From an uncultured Clostridia bacterium (lineage in GTDB: Bacteria > Bacillota > Clostridia > Christensenellales > UBA1242), in NCBI GenBank assembly GCA_944383945.1, contig CALWRL010000001.1, forward strand, positions 1 through 32,545: a DNA stretch of 32,545 nt. The letters run 5' to 3'. Every line of letters begins with the position of its first letter. The stretch's first letter is position 1. The notes beneath the pieces are model-generated. The model saw only the letters and a list, made by a program, of their open reading frames with translations, was not told the origin of the DNA and did not search any database. Both the position numbers and the translations under genes were made by a program. Positions 7,636 to 17,282 of the stretch are shown here, piece after piece.

Positions 7636-8586
7636 TTGGAATCATTTTCTAAAACCACAAAATTTGAATTATTGGCTGACGGCGGAAAAGTTTCGCCTGC
7701 TTTTTTCTTTGGGCTTTTTGTTTCGGCTGGCAGTTATGATGAAGAAGGCAACATTGAAATTTTAACAGATGTTTTACCTTTAATTGAATATTGTCAAAAA
7801 GGTTTAAAATTTTTAAATAAAAAATTTGAATTAGAAGGGAACATCGACGATTTGTTACAAAGCAACCAAACATTTAAAATAAACAATAAACTTTTTTATA
7901 AAATTACATTTAAGCATAACATACTAGAAAAATTGTTTGAAAAAATAAACCTAAATATAGAAAATAATATTGAAAATAATTTGTTAACTTTATCAAATTC
8001 CTTAGATAATATAAAGAATTTTTCTAAGGGAATGTTTATTGGATGCGGAACATCCAGCATTAGAATAAGTCAAAAACCAAATGAAAAAACTTCCAGCGGT
8101 TATCACTTAGAATTTTCTTCTAAAAGTTTACCTTTGTTAAGAGAATTTGCTCACATTTTAGCTCAATTTGATATAATGCCAAAACTTATTAGAAGAAAAA
8201 ACAGCTATGTTTTATATATGAAAGATGCTCAACAAGTTTGCAACATGCTTGCACTAATTGGAGCAAACAATTCTGTTTTAATGTTACAAAACGAAATTGC
8301 TAAAAGAGATTTTAGAAACAAAATTAACAGACAAACTAATTGCCTTAGTGGAAACATATCTAAAACTGTTGATGCAAGCATTAAACAATTAAACGCAATT
8401 AAAAAAATTGATGATAAAATTGGCATTTCTAATTTGCCACCAGACCTTGAAGAAATTGCTCTTTTACGCCTTGCAAACCCAGAAGAACCTTTAGCAACTC
8501 TTTTAAAATTAAGTAATATAAAACTTACAAAAAGCGGGCTTAACCACAGGCTAAGAAAGATTGTTTCGATTGCTGAAAAATTGTAA
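7636..8586 (+). CDS. whiA: DNA-binding protein WhiA
   Basis: Full-length WhiA architecture: a LAGLIDADG-like N-domain (GMFIGCG) and a C-terminal HTH (LRLANPEEPLATLLKLSNIKLTKSGLNHRLRKI). TTG start. Confidence 0.85.
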   Translation: MESFSKTTKFELLADGGKVSPAFFFGLFVSAGSYDEEGNIEILTDVLPLIEYCQKGLKFLNKKFELEGNIDDLLQSNQTFKINNKLFYKITFKHNILEKLFEKINLNIENNIENNLLTLSNSLDNIKNFSKGMFIGCGTSSIRISQKPNEKTSSGYHLEFSSKSLPLLREFAHILAQFDIMPKLIRRKNSYVLYMKDAQQVCNMLALIGANNSVLMLQNEIAKRDFRNKINRQTNCLSGNISKTVDASIKQLNAIKKIDDKIGISNLPPDLEEIALLRLANPEEPLATLLKLSNIKLTKSGLNHRLRKIVSIAEKL

Positions 8587-8595
8587 GTTTTTCGC

Positions 8596-8624
8596 TTGAT
8601 AAAACCAACCAAAGAGTGTAAAAT
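8596..8624 (+). promoter_or_regulatory. Sigma-A type promoter abutting the dnaE start codon
   Basis: TTGATA (8596-8601), 17-nt spacer, TAAAAT (8619-8624). Only 6 nt (tatttt) separate it from ATG 8631, and there is no SD. Confidence 0.5.
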
Positions 8625-8630
8625 TATTTT

Positions 8631-11600
8631 ATGGAAAAATTTGTTCACCTTCATAACCACACCGAATTTAGTCTTTTAGATGGTGCTGCACGAATTAAAA
8701 AGCTTGTTGAGGTTACAAAAGAAAGAAATTGGCCAGCAGTTGCAATAACCGACCATGGAAATATGTTTGGGGCTTTGCAATTTTATTCGGCATGCTTGTC
8801 TGCTGGTATAAAACCAATTATTGGAACCGAATTTTATGTTTCCGACAACTTAAATGTTAAAACAGGAAAACAAAAATATTATCACCAAATTTTACTTGCA
8901 AAAAATAACACAGGATATAAAAATCTTTTAAAGCTTAACTCCATTGCTTTTAAAGATGGCTTTTATTATAAACCAAGAATAGATTTTGAAACTTTAAAAA
9001 AATATTCCGAGGGCTTAATTTGTTTAAGTGCTTGTTTGGCTGGAAAAATTCCTCAAGATATATTAGCTCATCAATTTGATGAAGCGGAAAAAACAGCAAA
9101 GTGGTTCAAAGATATTTTTAAAGACGATTTCTACTTGGAAATTCAAAACCATGGACTTGTTGAACAACAAGAAGTTAATAAATTTTTAAAAATTCTTTCC
9201 GAAAAACTTAACATCAAACTAGTTGCAACAAACGATTGTCATTACATTGAAAAAGAAGATGCTAAAATGCAAGATGTTTTGATGTGCGTTCAAATGGGCA
9301 AAAAAATTGACGATCCAGACAGATTAAAATTTGAAACCGATGAGTTTTATTATAAAACATACGATGAGATGAAAGAAGCTGTTAAAGGATATGAAGAAGC
9401 TCTTGAAACAACTCTTGAAATTGCAGAAAAATGCGATGTTGTTATTCGCTCCAAGGCTCATGGAGATATTGTTGGAATCGATTCTAAGTATGTAATGCCT
9501 GCAAACGAAAACTACATTCCTCCTTATAAACCAGAAAACGGAATGACAAGTTATGAATTTTTAAGACATTTAACTTTTGAAGGATTGAAAAAAAAATATA
9601 AAGAAATCACGCCAGAAATTCTTCAGCGTGCCGAAAGCGAACTTGAAATTATCAATTCTCAAGGCTTTGTTGAATACTTTCTTGTTGTTTGGGATTATAT
9701 TAACTATGCCAGAGAAAACGACATTCCTGTTGGCCCAGGAAGAGGTAGCGGGGCGGGAAGTATTGTTGCATATGCAAGCGGAATAACTCTTATAGATCCT
9801 TTAAAATACGATTTAATTTTTGAAAGATTTATCCATAAAGAAAGGGTTTCAATGCCCGATTTTGATGTTGATTTCGATTATGACAGACGTGGCGAAGTTA
9901 TTGAATATGTTAAAAGAAAATATGGCGAAGATAATGTTGCTTTAATAGTTACTTTCGGAACTATGGCCGCAAAAAATGCAATAAGAGATGTTGCAAGAAC
10001 TCTTAATATGCCATATTCCGAAGCCGATAAAATTACAAAGTTGATACCTGGCAAATTGCCACAAGGAATAAAAAAACCACCTGTTTTAAAATATTACTTT
10101 GGAACAACTGGAAAAGAGGAGAACCAAAAGTATATAATTCCAGAATTAAGGCAGATGTACGAAGAAGACCCTCAAATTAAAGAAATTGCCGATATGGCAA
10201 TTAAATTGGAAGGCAGTCCAAGAAACACTTCAACTCACGCTGCTGGTGTTTTAATTGCTCCAAGTAGAGTTGATGATTATGTTCCGCTTGCAAGAAACGG
10301 AGATGATATAACTACACAATATAACATGATTGAGCTCGAGCAACTTGGTCTTTTAAAAATGGACTTTTTAGGACTTAGAACTTTAACAGATATTGATAAA
10401 GCTATAAAATATGTTAAGCAAGACAAGGGAATAGACATAGATTTTTACAACATGGAATATGACGATAAAAATGTTTATGACCTAATTAGTTCTGGAAAAA
10501 CAGATGCTATATTCCAACTTGAAAGCGATGGAATGAAAAAGTTTATGCGCGATCTAAAACCGGACTGTTTGGAAGATATTATTGCGGGAGTTTCTCTTTA
10601 CAGACCCGGCCCAATGGATTCAATTCCTAGATATATTAAGAATAAACAAAATCCTTCAGAAATTAAATATGCCCACCCATGCTTAGAGCCAATTTTAAAT
10701 GTTACTTATGGTTGTATTGTTTACCAAGAACAAGTTATGAAAATCTTCCAAGTTATGGGCGGATATAGCATGGGACAGGCAGACAATGTTAGAAGAATTA
10801 TGGGCAAGAAAAAAGTTGAAAAAATGCCTATTGAAAAGAAAAAGTTTATAGAAGGCTGGGAAGACCCAACTGGCAGAGCATCCATTCCAGGAGCTTTAAA
10901 ATTAGGCGTTTCAAAAGAAGTTGCTGAACAAGTTTTTTCGGAAATGGAATCGTTTGCTCAATATGCATTTAACAAATCCCATGCAGCAGCTTATGCTCAC
11001 CTTTCTTATCAAACAGCATATTTAAAATGCTACCATGAAATTGAATTCTTGTGTTCTGTTTTAAACAATAGAATAACAAACTCAGACGAAATAAAAAAAT
11101 ATGTTACCTATGTTAAAGAAGAAGGATTTGAAGTTTTACCACCAGATATTAACAAAAGCCAAACATACTTTTCTGTTGAAAACGGCAATTTAAGATTTGG
11201 GCTTGCAGCTATTAAAAATGTTGGCATTTCTTTAATTGAAAGCATTATAGAAGAACGAAATAATAATGGACCATTTAAAGATTTTATGGATTTCATTAAA
11301 AGAGTTGATAGTCAGGCACGAAACAAGCGATGTTTAGAAAGTTTAATATTGTCTGGCGCTTTCGACTGCTTTAATGTTTACAGATCTCAACTTATGAATG
11401 TTTATGAAACAGCTGTCGCAAGAGTTAACCAAGACACTAAAAAACAAGCCACAAATCAAATTTCAATTTTCGAGTTCTCTTCAAGCGACTCTATGATTGA
11501 AGACAAAATTGAATACCCTAACATTAAAGAATTTAATAAAGATTCGCTTTTGAAATTTGAAAAAGAGGTTGTTGGAATTTATCTTTCTGGCCACCCGTTA

Positions 11601-12218
11601 GATGATTTTATCGATAAATATAAATCTTTCAACTTAACTTCAAACATGCTTGAAGTAAAAGAAAATGAAGAAATTTTGGAAGATGATGAAATTAACAATG
11701 TTTCTTACGATGAAAGCATTAAAAATGACATGAAGGTTATTTGCGGGGGGCTTATATCTGATGTTAGAAAAACTGTTACTAAAAATGGGAACAAAGAGAT
11801 GGGCTTTGCAAAACTAGAAGACCTTTATGGTACAATTGATTTAACCGTCTTCCCTGGCCCATACAAAAGTCTTAAAAATTTGCTTAATGAAGACACGATG
11901 GCAACAATTAAAGGCAAATTAAACATAAGAGAAGGTGAAAAGCCAACTGTTTTGGTTGATGAAATTATTCCATGGAAACAGCAAAAAGAAGTAAAAGATA
12001 AAAAAGAAAAACTTTATTTAAAGTTTGACACAACCAATATTCAGCTTTACAACGTTATTACAGGAATAATCAATTCTTATCCAGGAAATAGTGAAGTTCT
12101 GGTTAGGTGCTGTGAAACCGGAAAAGCTTTTAAACTAAATAAAGATGTCTCAATTTCGCAACATTTACTTGGAGAACTTTTAGGTGTTTTAGATGAAAAC
12201 GATATCTTAATTAAATAA
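8631..12218 (+). CDS. dnaE: DNA polymerase III alpha subunit (DnaE type)
   Basis: PHP N-terminus FVHLHNHTEFSLLDGA, plus GPGRGSGAGSIVAY, MPDFDVDF and a C-terminal OB region. 1195 aa. Confidence 0.95.
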   Translation: MEKFVHLHNHTEFSLLDGAARIKKLVEVTKERNWPAVAITDHGNMFGALQFYSACLSAGIKPIIGTEFYVSDNLNVKTGKQKYYHQILLAKNNTGYKNLLKLNSIAFKDGFYYKPRIDFETLKKYSEGLICLSACLAGKIPQDILAHQFDEAEKTAKWFKDIFKDDFYLEIQNHGLVEQQEVNKFLKILSEKLNIKLVATNDCHYIEKEDAKMQDVLMCVQMGKKIDDPDRLKFETDEFYYKTYDEMKEAVKGYEEALETTLEIAEKCDVVIRSKAHGDIVGIDSKYVMPANENYIPPYKPENGMTSYEFLRHLTFEGLKKKYKEITPEILQRAESELEIINSQGFVEYFLVVWDYINYARENDIPVGPGRGSGAGSIVAYASGITLIDPLKYDLIFERFIHKERVSMPDFDVDFDYDRRGEVIEYVKRKYGEDNVALIVTFGTMAAKNAIRDVARTLNMPYSEADKITKLIPGKLPQGIKKPPVLKYYFGTTGKEENQKYIIPELRQMYEEDPQIKEIADMAIKLEGSPRNTSTHAAGVLIAPSRVDDYVPLARNGDDITTQYNMIELEQLGLLKMDFLGLRTLTDIDKAIKYVKQDKGIDIDFYNMEYDDKNVYDLISSGKTDAIFQLESDGMKKFMRDLKPDCLEDIIAGVSLYRPGPMDSIPRYIKNKQNPSEIKYAHPCLEPILNVTYGCIVYQEQVMKIFQVMGGYSMGQADNVRRIMGKKKVEKMPIEKKKFIEGWEDPTGRASIPGALKLGVSKEVAEQVFSEMESFAQYAFNKSHAAAYAHLSYQTAYLKCYHEIEFLCSVLNNRITNSDEIKKYVTYVKEEGFEVLPPDINKSQTYFSVENGNLRFGLAAIKNVGISLIESIIEERNNNGPFKDFMDFIKRVDSQARNKRCLESLILSGAFDCFNVYRSQLMNVYETAVARVNQDTKKQATNQISIFEFSSSDSMIEDKIEYPNIKEFNKDSLLKFEKEVVGIYLSGHPLDDFIDKYKSFNLTSNMLEVKENEEILEDDEINNVSYDESIKNDMKVICGGLISDVRKTVTKNGNKEMGFAKLEDLYGTIDLTVFPGPYKSLKNLLNEDTMATIKGKLNIREGEKPTVLVDEIIPWKQQKEVKDKKEKLYLKFDTTNIQLYNVITGIINSYPGNSEVLVRCCETGKAFKLNKDVSISQHLLGELLGVLDENDILIK

Positions 12219-12228
12219 AGGGGGAAAA

Positions 12229-13125
12229 ATGAAAATAGGATTATTAACAAGTGGCGGAGATGCGCCAGGAATGAATGCCTTTATTTCAAAGTTTTCAACT
12301 CTTGCTATTGAAGAAAATTTTGAAATTGTTGCATTTAAATTTGGATATCAAGGCTTAATAGATAATAACACTTTTGTATTATCAAAAGAACTTGTTTACA
12401 ACATTTCACATTTAGGCGGAAGTGTGTTAAAAAGCACAAGAAGTAGCGAATTCTTAACTAAACAAGGCTTAAAAAAAGCAATTCAAAGTTATAAAATCAA
12501 CGAATTGTCTGCCCTAGTTGTTCTTGGCGGAGATGGCACATTAAAGGGAGCAAAGGAACTTGTTAAAGAAGGTGTAAAGATTATTTATATTCCTTCAACA
12601 ATAGATAATGACATTTCATATAGCGAACAATCTCTTGGCTTCGATTCTGCCGTTAATGCTGCTGTTGACGCAATAGACAAAATTAAGCAAACAATGCTTT
12701 CTTCAAATAGAATTTTTATTTGCGAAGTTATGGGTCGTCATTGTGATGACATCGCCAAAAACTGTGCAATAGCAACCGATGCAACTATTTTGATTTCCTC
12801 TGAAAAAGATTGCTCTTTAAAGCAAATTGTCGCTAAAATCAAGTTATCTTTAAAAGATGGTGAAGAATCCCCATCGATAATTGTTAAAGAAAATATTACA
12901 GATATTTTCTCCTTAGCCAAACAAATTCAAAATAATCTTGATATAGAAACAAGAGCCTGCAAAATTGGATATGTTCAAAGAGGAACTCAACCTTCAGTTG
13001 TCGACCGAATTTTAGCAAGAAATTTTGCAAAAGAAACAATAACTTTATTAAAAAACAAAAAATATAACAAAGCATTATGCGTTATTAAAGGAAAAATAAC
13101 CTCGAAAAACATAAATGATATTTAA
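12229..13125 (+). CDS. pfkA: ATP-dependent 6-phosphofructokinase (divergent, 298 aa)
   Basis: Motifs LTSGGDAPGMNA, GGDGT, TIDNDI, MGRH and YVQRG. AGGGGG SD. dnaE-pfkA linkage is Firmicute-like. Confidence 0.85.
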   Translation: MKIGLLTSGGDAPGMNAFISKFSTLAIEENFEIVAFKFGYQGLIDNNTFVLSKELVYNISHLGGSVLKSTRSSEFLTKQGLKKAIQSYKINELSALVVLGGDGTLKGAKELVKEGVKIIYIPSTIDNDISYSEQSLGFDSAVNAAVDAIDKIKQTMLSSNRIFICEVMGRHCDDIAKNCAIATDATILISSEKDCSLKQIVAKIKLSLKDGEESPSIIVKENITDIFSLAKQIQNNLDIETRACKIGYVQRGTQPSVVDRILARNFAKETITLLKNKKYNKALCVIKGKITSKNINDI

Positions 13126-13126
13126 A

Positions 13127-13162
13127 CCATAAAACCGTTTTAACATGACGGTTTTTTTATGG
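13127..13162 (+). terminator. Rho-independent terminator after pfkA
   Basis: aaaaccgt (13131-13138) pairs with acggtttt (13148-13155). The T-run extends to 13158. Confidence 0.7.
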
Positions 13163-13217
13163 CAGTTTTTGTTGATATCCATTTATTGCTTCTATATTCT
13201 TTTTATAGGAGAAAAAA

Positions 13218-14684
13218 ATGGATAATATTATTCAAACAATTAAATTAGAAGAAATTGAAAAACGTCTTAATTCATTAAACAAAAGTTTAAAGAGCGAAGA
13301 ATCCAATATTGTTCTATTATCAGATTATATTTCAAACTTAAAAGATATTGTTGGAATGTTAAGAATGAACATAGAAACTTTGTTTGGGCTAGACCCAAAT
13401 TTTTTTAGTTACTGCGACACCTTTGATATAAACTCCAAACGTTGGGGCGTTGGAAGTGTTAGAACTGATAGAATTTTTTTTGTTTGCACGCCTGGAATAA
13501 AGACATATATAAAAATAACAGGCAATATTTTTTATAAATTAGAAGATGATTTTGAGCCTTACTTTAGAGCTTTGTTAAATTCAACTAACTTAACAGATGG
13601 TATAATTTATGAAAAAAATTTTAAAGCAAACCATGATTTTTCAACAAAAATAGAATTTACTTATTCTTTTATTCCAACAAAGCAAGATAACATGATAATG
13701 CTTTTAACTCATGCTGGAACAACTGATTATTTAAAAGGAACAAGCGGTTTTGACAATATAAAAGTTGAAATTATTGGTTATAATGTTGCAATTCTTTCAA
13801 GAAAATATGATTTTAGATTGTTTATAACAAAAAATAATTACTACATTACTAAAAATTTATCCGACCATAGCGAATATTTGAAAGCCCCAATCAATAATGT
13901 TGATCTTTCAGCTCCTTTCAATTTAGTCGAAAACATTAAACCTACAAATGTTGCCGCTTACAGCAATAGACTTCACCATTACAATGTTACTTATGTTCCT
14001 AATGTTACTTATGATAAACAAACAAAAGAACTTTCTGTAGACGAAAATCAAAATATGTTTTATTTTTCATACAGCTACAACAGTGTTGTCATATACGCAA
14101 AACAAAATCCTTTGCCAAACGAATTTAGTCAATTTGTTCCAATTAATAAAGGAATATCCTACACTGTGGGACATCCTTTGTTCCCTGCTGTTAAACCATA
14201 TAACTTGGGAAATGTTTATACAAACTATGATTGCAATCTTTATGCGACAGTTGCTCTTGAAAATAAATTAAGTGAAGTTGAAATGCGTTTAAACGGAGAA
14301 AAAATTGATGGGCTTTGGGTAGACAACTGCTCGGTTTTTGCAAAAGACTGGGAAGATCATATCGGAGAAAGACAACATTGCTATGTTGCAACGTCGAGCT
14401 TGGCAGAAGTTTACTTTTTCGATAGCGATTTACCAACATATAAACTTTACATCGGTAAAGGTCATCAAGTTAGCGCATTTATGCAAAGCGATTTGTCAAT
14501 CAATGTATATATGAAATGGTTAAATAATATTCATAAAAAAGTTTTAGTATTAAACCCTTCAACAAATAAATACGAAGTTCAAGATGACGAAGAAATAATT
14601 GAAAATGCATGGGAATATCTTGAAGGTTACGGTAATGACTATTTTATTAATAGAATGGGAACTTGGGAATATGTTTCAAATTAA
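13218..14684 (+). CDS. Hypothetical protein, 488 aa: N-terminal coiled-coil-like segment followed by an aromatic/Asn-rich region; no family recognised
   Basis: Long ORF with an AGGAG SD 7 nt upstream. Flanked by terminators on both sides. No signal peptide or TM segment is evident. Confidence 0.8.
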   Translation: MDNIIQTIKLEEIEKRLNSLNKSLKSEESNIVLLSDYISNLKDIVGMLRMNIETLFGLDPNFFSYCDTFDINSKRWGVGSVRTDRIFFVCTPGIKTYIKITGNIFYKLEDDFEPYFRALLNSTNLTDGIIYEKNFKANHDFSTKIEFTYSFIPTKQDNMIMLLTHAGTTDYLKGTSGFDNIKVEIIGYNVAILSRKYDFRLFITKNNYYITKNLSDHSEYLKAPINNVDLSAPFNLVENIKPTNVAAYSNRLHHYNVTYVPNVTYDKQTKELSVDENQNMFYFSYSYNSVVIYAKQNPLPNEFSQFVPINKGISYTVGHPLFPAVKPYNLGNVYTNYDCNLYATVALENKLSEVEMRLNGEKIDGLWVDNCSVFAKDWEDHIGERQHCYVATSSLAEVYFFDSDLPTYKLYIGKGHQVSAFMQSDLSINVYMKWLNNIHKKVLVLNPSTNKYEVQDDEEIIENAWEYLEGYGNDYFINRMGTWEYVSN

Positions 14685-14711
14685 AAAAGGATGTTTTAAC
14701 ATCCTTTTTTT
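14683..14711. terminator. Bidirectional terminator between the orphan gene and ftsH
   Basis: ggatgt (14689-14694) pairs with acatcc (14699-14704) across a 4-nt loop. An A-run lies upstream and a T-run downstream. Confidence 0.7.
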
Positions 14712-17080
14712 TAATTGTTATTATCCTCGTTCTTATTTGCGTTTTCTTCCGAAGCTTCCCCTTTCATTTTCCTTATAACTTTCTTTGCTGTTGATTCTTC
14801 TTTATTTTCTTTTTCAGATTCAACATTCTTTTTTGTTTCTTGTTTCTTCTTAGTTTTGCTATCTTCAGCTTTAGCGTCTTTTGTTTTTTCACTTAAACTT
14901 TTTTTCGTGTTTTTTGAAGCTTCGCCAGCCTTTTTTGTTGATTTAGACTTGGAATTTGTTTTCTTTTCTTCTTTAACTGCATCTTCTTTGTTTTCTTCTT
15001 TTTGTTCTTCCTTAGATGCAGCAGACGACTCTATTTTTTTATTTAATTCATCACGCGATTTCTTTAATTGTTCAAATTCTTCTTTTGTAACAACTCCTGC
15101 TTTAACTAACATTTCGGCTGTTTTTATTTTTTCGTCTAATTGTTTGATCTTTTTCGCAAGTTGAAGATCTTCCTTGCCTTTCTCTTCTTTTATCTTTCTT
15201 AACTGAGCCTTTTTATCCATTTCGCTAACAATTTCTTCAACGGACTTTCCTGCCATAATCATATCAACTTCTTCTTTATAAATTGTTTCTTTTAATATTA
15301 AGATTTCAGACATTCTATCCATTAAAACTCTGTTCTCTTTTAAAATTTTGGTCGCCTTATCATAACAACCTTTTAAAATTCCTCTTATCTCAGAATCAAT
15401 TATTGCCGCTGTTTTTTCGCTGTATTTAGATTGATTCTGATAATCTCTGCCTAAGAATGGCTCGGTTGCTGTATCATAGCCAACAAAACCAAGCTCTTTA
15501 CTCATGCCCCATTCTGTAACCATTTTCCTTGCAATTTCGCTTGCCTGCTTAATATCGTTTTGTGCACCAGTTGAAATATCACCAAAAACCAATTCTTCAG
15601 CTATTCTTCCTCCCATACACATTGCTATTTGATCTAACAATCTATTATATGTTACATGATTATCATCCTCATTTGGCCTGCTCATCGTATAACCTGCAGC
15701 CATTCCCCTAGGAATAATCGAAACTTCTTGAACCTCATCGCAATTTGGCAAAATTTTTCCAAGTATTGCATGCCCAGCTTCATGATAGGTTGTAATTTTC
15801 TTATCTCTTTCTGTTACCAACAAACTTTTCTTTTGTGGTCCCATAATAACTTTATTTATTCCTTCTGTTAAATCGGACATAATAATTTTAGGTCTGTCAG
15901 CTCTCGCAGCCAAAATTGAAGCTTCATTTAACATGTTTTCAATATCAGCGCCGGTAAAACCACTTGTAATACGCGCTAATGTTTGATAATCCACTTCGTC
16001 ATCAATAGGTTTGTTTCTTGCATGAATTTTAATGATTGCTTCACGTCCTTTCACATCAGGAACATGAACATATATTTGCCTGTCAAACCTTCCAGGTCTT
16101 AGCAATGCAGGATCTAAAACATCGCTACGGTTTGTTGCTGCTAAAACAATAATACCTTCATTAGCTTCAAACCCATCCATTTCAACTAAAAGCTGATTTA
16201 AGGTTTGCTCTCTTTCGTCATTTCCTCCACCAAGACCAGTACCTCTTTGTCTTCCAACAGCATCTATTTCGTCAATAAAAATTATACATGGTCTTGCCTT
16301 TTTAGCTTGTTCAAACAAATCTCTAACTCTCGATGCCCCAACACCAACAAACATTTCAACAAAGTCTGAACCACTTATAGAAAGAAAAGGAACATTGCTT
16401 TCTCCTGCAACTGCTTTTGCTAAAAGAGTTTTCCCCGTTCCTGGAGGGCCAACCAGCAAAACACCTTTTGGAATTCTTGCTCCCAAATCTGTAAATTTTT
16501 GAGGATTCTTCAAAAATTCAACGACTTCTTGAAGCTCTGCTTTTTCTTCATCTGCGCCAGCGACATCTGAAAATCTTACTTTTATATTATCATTGTTTCT
16601 AGCTCTGCTTCTGCCAAAAGACATAGTTCCGGCATTGCCCTTTAAAATAGCCCTTAATAAGAAATAACCAATAATTAGTATTATAGCCATACTCAAATAA
16701 GGCATTATTGAAGAAAGTAAAGATTCTCTTGTTGGCTCTGCGTTGTACTTAATTGTTATAGTTGTTTCATTCGCTTCATTAATTGCGTTTTTTATGTCTT
16801 CATAATCTTTTTGAACAGCTATTTCGCAGTAAAAATCGGAATAGCTAGGAAATTTCCCATCTTCTATTTCAGAATTTTTAATTCTAGCTCGAAAAATTCC
16901 ATTATAATAGTAAACGTCTGTAAATTCACCGTTTTCAATCTTTTGTTGAAATTCAGTTATTGTTATTTTTTCTCCATATGAGCCGTTCCCAGCAAATGCA
17001 GACCAAAGCAACAATATCACAAGAACAGACAATAATGTAATCCAAACAATTTTCCCGTAATTAGTTTTTTTCTCTTTCAT
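14711..17080 (-). CDS. ftsH: ATP-dependent zinc metalloprotease FtsH with a ~170-aa Lys/Glu-rich C-terminal extension
   Basis: Walker A GPPGTGKT, the SRH region, and Zn motif HEAGHA. Two TM segments. I place the start at ATG 17080 ([10 protein letters not shown]) because AAGGAGA lies 3-4 nt upstream. The TTG at 17113 in the track contains that SD. Confidence 0.95.
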   Translation of the reverse strand: MKEKKTNYGKIVWITLLSVLVILLLWSAFAGNGSYGEKITITEFQQKIENGEFTDVYYYNGIFRARIKNSEIEDGKFPSYSDFYCEIAVQKDYEDIKNAINEANETTITIKYNAEPTRESLLSSIMPYLSMAIILIIGYFLLRAILKGNAGTMSFGRSRARNNDNIKVRFSDVAGADEEKAELQEVVEFLKNPQKFTDLGARIPKGVLLVGPPGTGKTLLAKAVAGESNVPFLSISGSDFVEMFVGVGASRVRDLFEQAKKARPCIIFIDEIDAVGRQRGTGLGGGNDEREQTLNQLLVEMDGFEANEGIIVLAATNRSDVLDPALLRPGRFDRQIYVHVPDVKGREAIIKIHARNKPIDDEVDYQTLARITSGFTGADIENMLNEASILAARADRPKIIMSDLTEGINKVIMGPQKKSLLVTERDKKITTYHEAGHAILGKILPNCDEVQEVSIIPRGMAAGYTMSRPNEDDNHVTYNRLLDQIAMCMGGRIAEELVFGDISTGAQNDIKQASEIARKMVTEWGMSKELGFVGYDTATEPFLGRDYQNQSKYSEKTAAIIDSEIRGILKGCYDKATKILKENRVLMDRMSEILILKETIYKEEVDMIMAGKSVEEIVSEMDKKAQLRKIKEEKGKEDLQLAKKIKQLDEKIKTAEMLVKAGVVTKEEFEQLKKSRDELNKKIESSAASKEEQKEENKEDAVKEEKKTNSKSKSTKKAGEASKNTKKSLSEKTKDAKAEDSKTKKKQETKKNVESEKENKEESTAKKVIRKMKGEASEENANKNEDNNN

Positions 17081-17117
17081 AATTCTCCTTATTATATTTT
17101 CTTTTATTTGCAAAATT

Positions 17118-17146
17118 ATTCTATCATCTTATCTGTTTTTTTGCAA
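17118..17146 (-). promoter_or_regulatory. Sigma-A type promoter for ftsH
   Basis: On the minus strand: TTGCAA (17141-17146), 17-nt spacer, TAGAAT (17118-17123), about 35 nt upstream of the ATG. Confidence 0.5.
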
Positions 17147-17179
17147 GAAACTTTGATATTTCCAGATAATTTTGTTCCA

Positions 17180-17205
17180 AAAAATCTGCTCTGAGAGCGA
17201 TTTTT
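17180..17205. terminator. Terminator-like hairpin downstream of parB (bidirectional form)
   Basis: aaaaatc(t)gctc - tga - gagcgattttt. This is a GC core of 4+2 bp with one bulge, flanked by A- and T-runs. Confidence 0.45.
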
Positions 17206-17265
17206 AATGTTTAATTTGATATATTCTATGTTAGGCCAAAAATCGCTCTAAATTAAGATTTTCAA

Positions 17266-17281
17266 TGTTTCACGTGAAACA
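17266..17281. promoter_or_regulatory. parS: parS centromere site (perfect palindrome TGTTTCACGTGAAACA)
   Basis: Exact match to the Firmicute parS consensus TGTTNCACGTGAAACA, 1 nt beyond the parB stop codon. Confidence 0.9.
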
Positions 17282-17282
17282 T

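Noticed and set aside
14715-15164. Long antisense ORFs opposite real genes (14715-15164, 31633-32145, 8229-8660, 3481-3918, 21489-21962, 1929-2255 and others)
   Set aside because: They lie fully within confidently identified genes on the other strand. They encode low-complexity Phe/Leu/Ser-rich peptides, the mirror image of Lys/Glu/Asn-rich codons. They also lack SDs.
17081-17113. Longer N-terminal extensions offered by the ORF track (ftsH TTG 17113, veg 29218, lipoprotein GTG 31263, PHP TTG 6857)
   Set aside because: In each case a strong SD lies inside the extension, correctly spaced before an internal ATG. The extension also adds non-homologous residues or overlaps the upstream gene.
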